A stretch of 64,000 nucleotides of DNA from assembly GCF_036365525.1 (NCBI RefSeq), contig NC_090416.1, forward strand, positions 15,100,945 to 15,164,944, given 5' to 3'. Position numbers and translations under genes: made by a program. Under the pieces are notes generated by a model. That model was not told the origin of the DNA, did no database searches, and saw only the letters and a list, made by a program, of their open reading frames with translations. The number at the start of each line of letters is the position of its first letter. The first letter of the stretch is position 1. This DNA comes from Heterodontus francisci. Lineage: Eukaryota. Shown here piece after piece: positions 62,936 to 64,000 of the stretch.

Positions 62936-64000
62936 AATAAAACTTGCCACAGTATTATTAAATGACACTTTGCCTTTAAGTTGCTTCTGGTCCGATTAAG
63001 ATGCCCTTTTAAACCCTGTTGGATTAGCGACAGGGTCAGGATCTGTGATGTTGGAAACTTTAAATCTGTTTCGTGTAAATCCCTTACTCCCCACATTGAG
63101 TCTCAGTCCGCGTTTTTTAACAGACTGAGCGAATCAGGTTTGCATCAGTTACTTGAGATCGAATGGTAAATGCATTAAATTGTTGATAAGTGGGTTGGTG
63201 GAGATATGAACTTGAAAGGGGAAATATTTTTGTTAAGTAATGACGTAACTATGAAGTGAGTTATTAGTGTTGTTGGAAAATCACTCCGAGCGGCGGGAAG
63301 AATTGACGCTCCCGGGAGCATCCCAGTGAATTTAGACAGAGATAGGTTCCCACATGGACAAGGAACTTTTCGGTGAAGATCAGACGCTTGTTTCTACGCT
63401 TGAACTGATCTGTTAACATTATTTAAGGGGCTGAGGTGCTCAGACTGAAGCTTCTCTCTCAGCCTTGGACTGGGACCGAGTGCTTTCTTACTGCTGACAC
63501 CGACACTTCCTGACTGGACAACCAATCACGGCAGAACACAGCTCACACCGGGCACTGCACCTCGGGCAGCATTTGTTGCCTATCCCTAATTGCCCTTGAC
63601 AATTGAATGTCTTGTTGGGTATTTCAGAGTGCAGTTAAGAGTCAACCACATTGCTGTGGGTCTGGAGCCACATGTGGGCCAGATCGAGTCAAGATGGTAG
63701 ATTTCCACCCCTAAATGTCATTAGTGAACCAGATGATATTTTAGAACAATAAATGATGCTTTCATGACACCATTACTGAGACAAGCTTTCAATTCCAGAT
63801 TATTATTTAGTAAATGTAAACTCCACCACGAGCTGTGGTGCAATTTGAACCCATGCCCCAATGCTTTGGACGTTTGCAATTCGTCCAGTGACATTACCAC
63901 TTATGCCACCGCCTCCTCTAACAGCAAAGGCACTGATAATGTTGGCAGTCCTCAAAGTGGAAAAGTCACCAGCTCCAGATGGGATTCATCCTCATTTGCT

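Overview
Cartilaginous-fish (shark-type) genomic DNA. The Ig sequences resemble, from memory, horn shark type I / nurse shark NS5 (sigma-cart) light chains; the species assignment is inference. All immune genes lie on the minus strand. (1) 11.5-64 kb: a head-to-tail tandem array of immunoglobulin light-chain miniclusters (L-V-RSS12...RSS23-J-C, one C every 12-16 kb). Cluster 1 has lost L+V+promoter, cluster 2 has lost its octamer/TATA, and clusters 3 and 4 look intact. A fifth L-V-J after a 200-N gap is apparently identical to cluster 4 and is probably an assembly duplication. Each spacer carries a shared 5'-truncated CR1 LINE and a candidate PU.1/IRF-E-box-RUNX enhancer. (2) 1-9 kb, directly 3' of the array: a six-exon, non-rearranging antigen-receptor-like gene that the ORF track does not assemble (leader, germline-joined VJ, C1, TM, two cytoplasmic exons ending in TLYARL; 303 aa), plus an internally deleted tandem paralog. 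The rest is CR1, L2 and RTE LINE and SINE debris.
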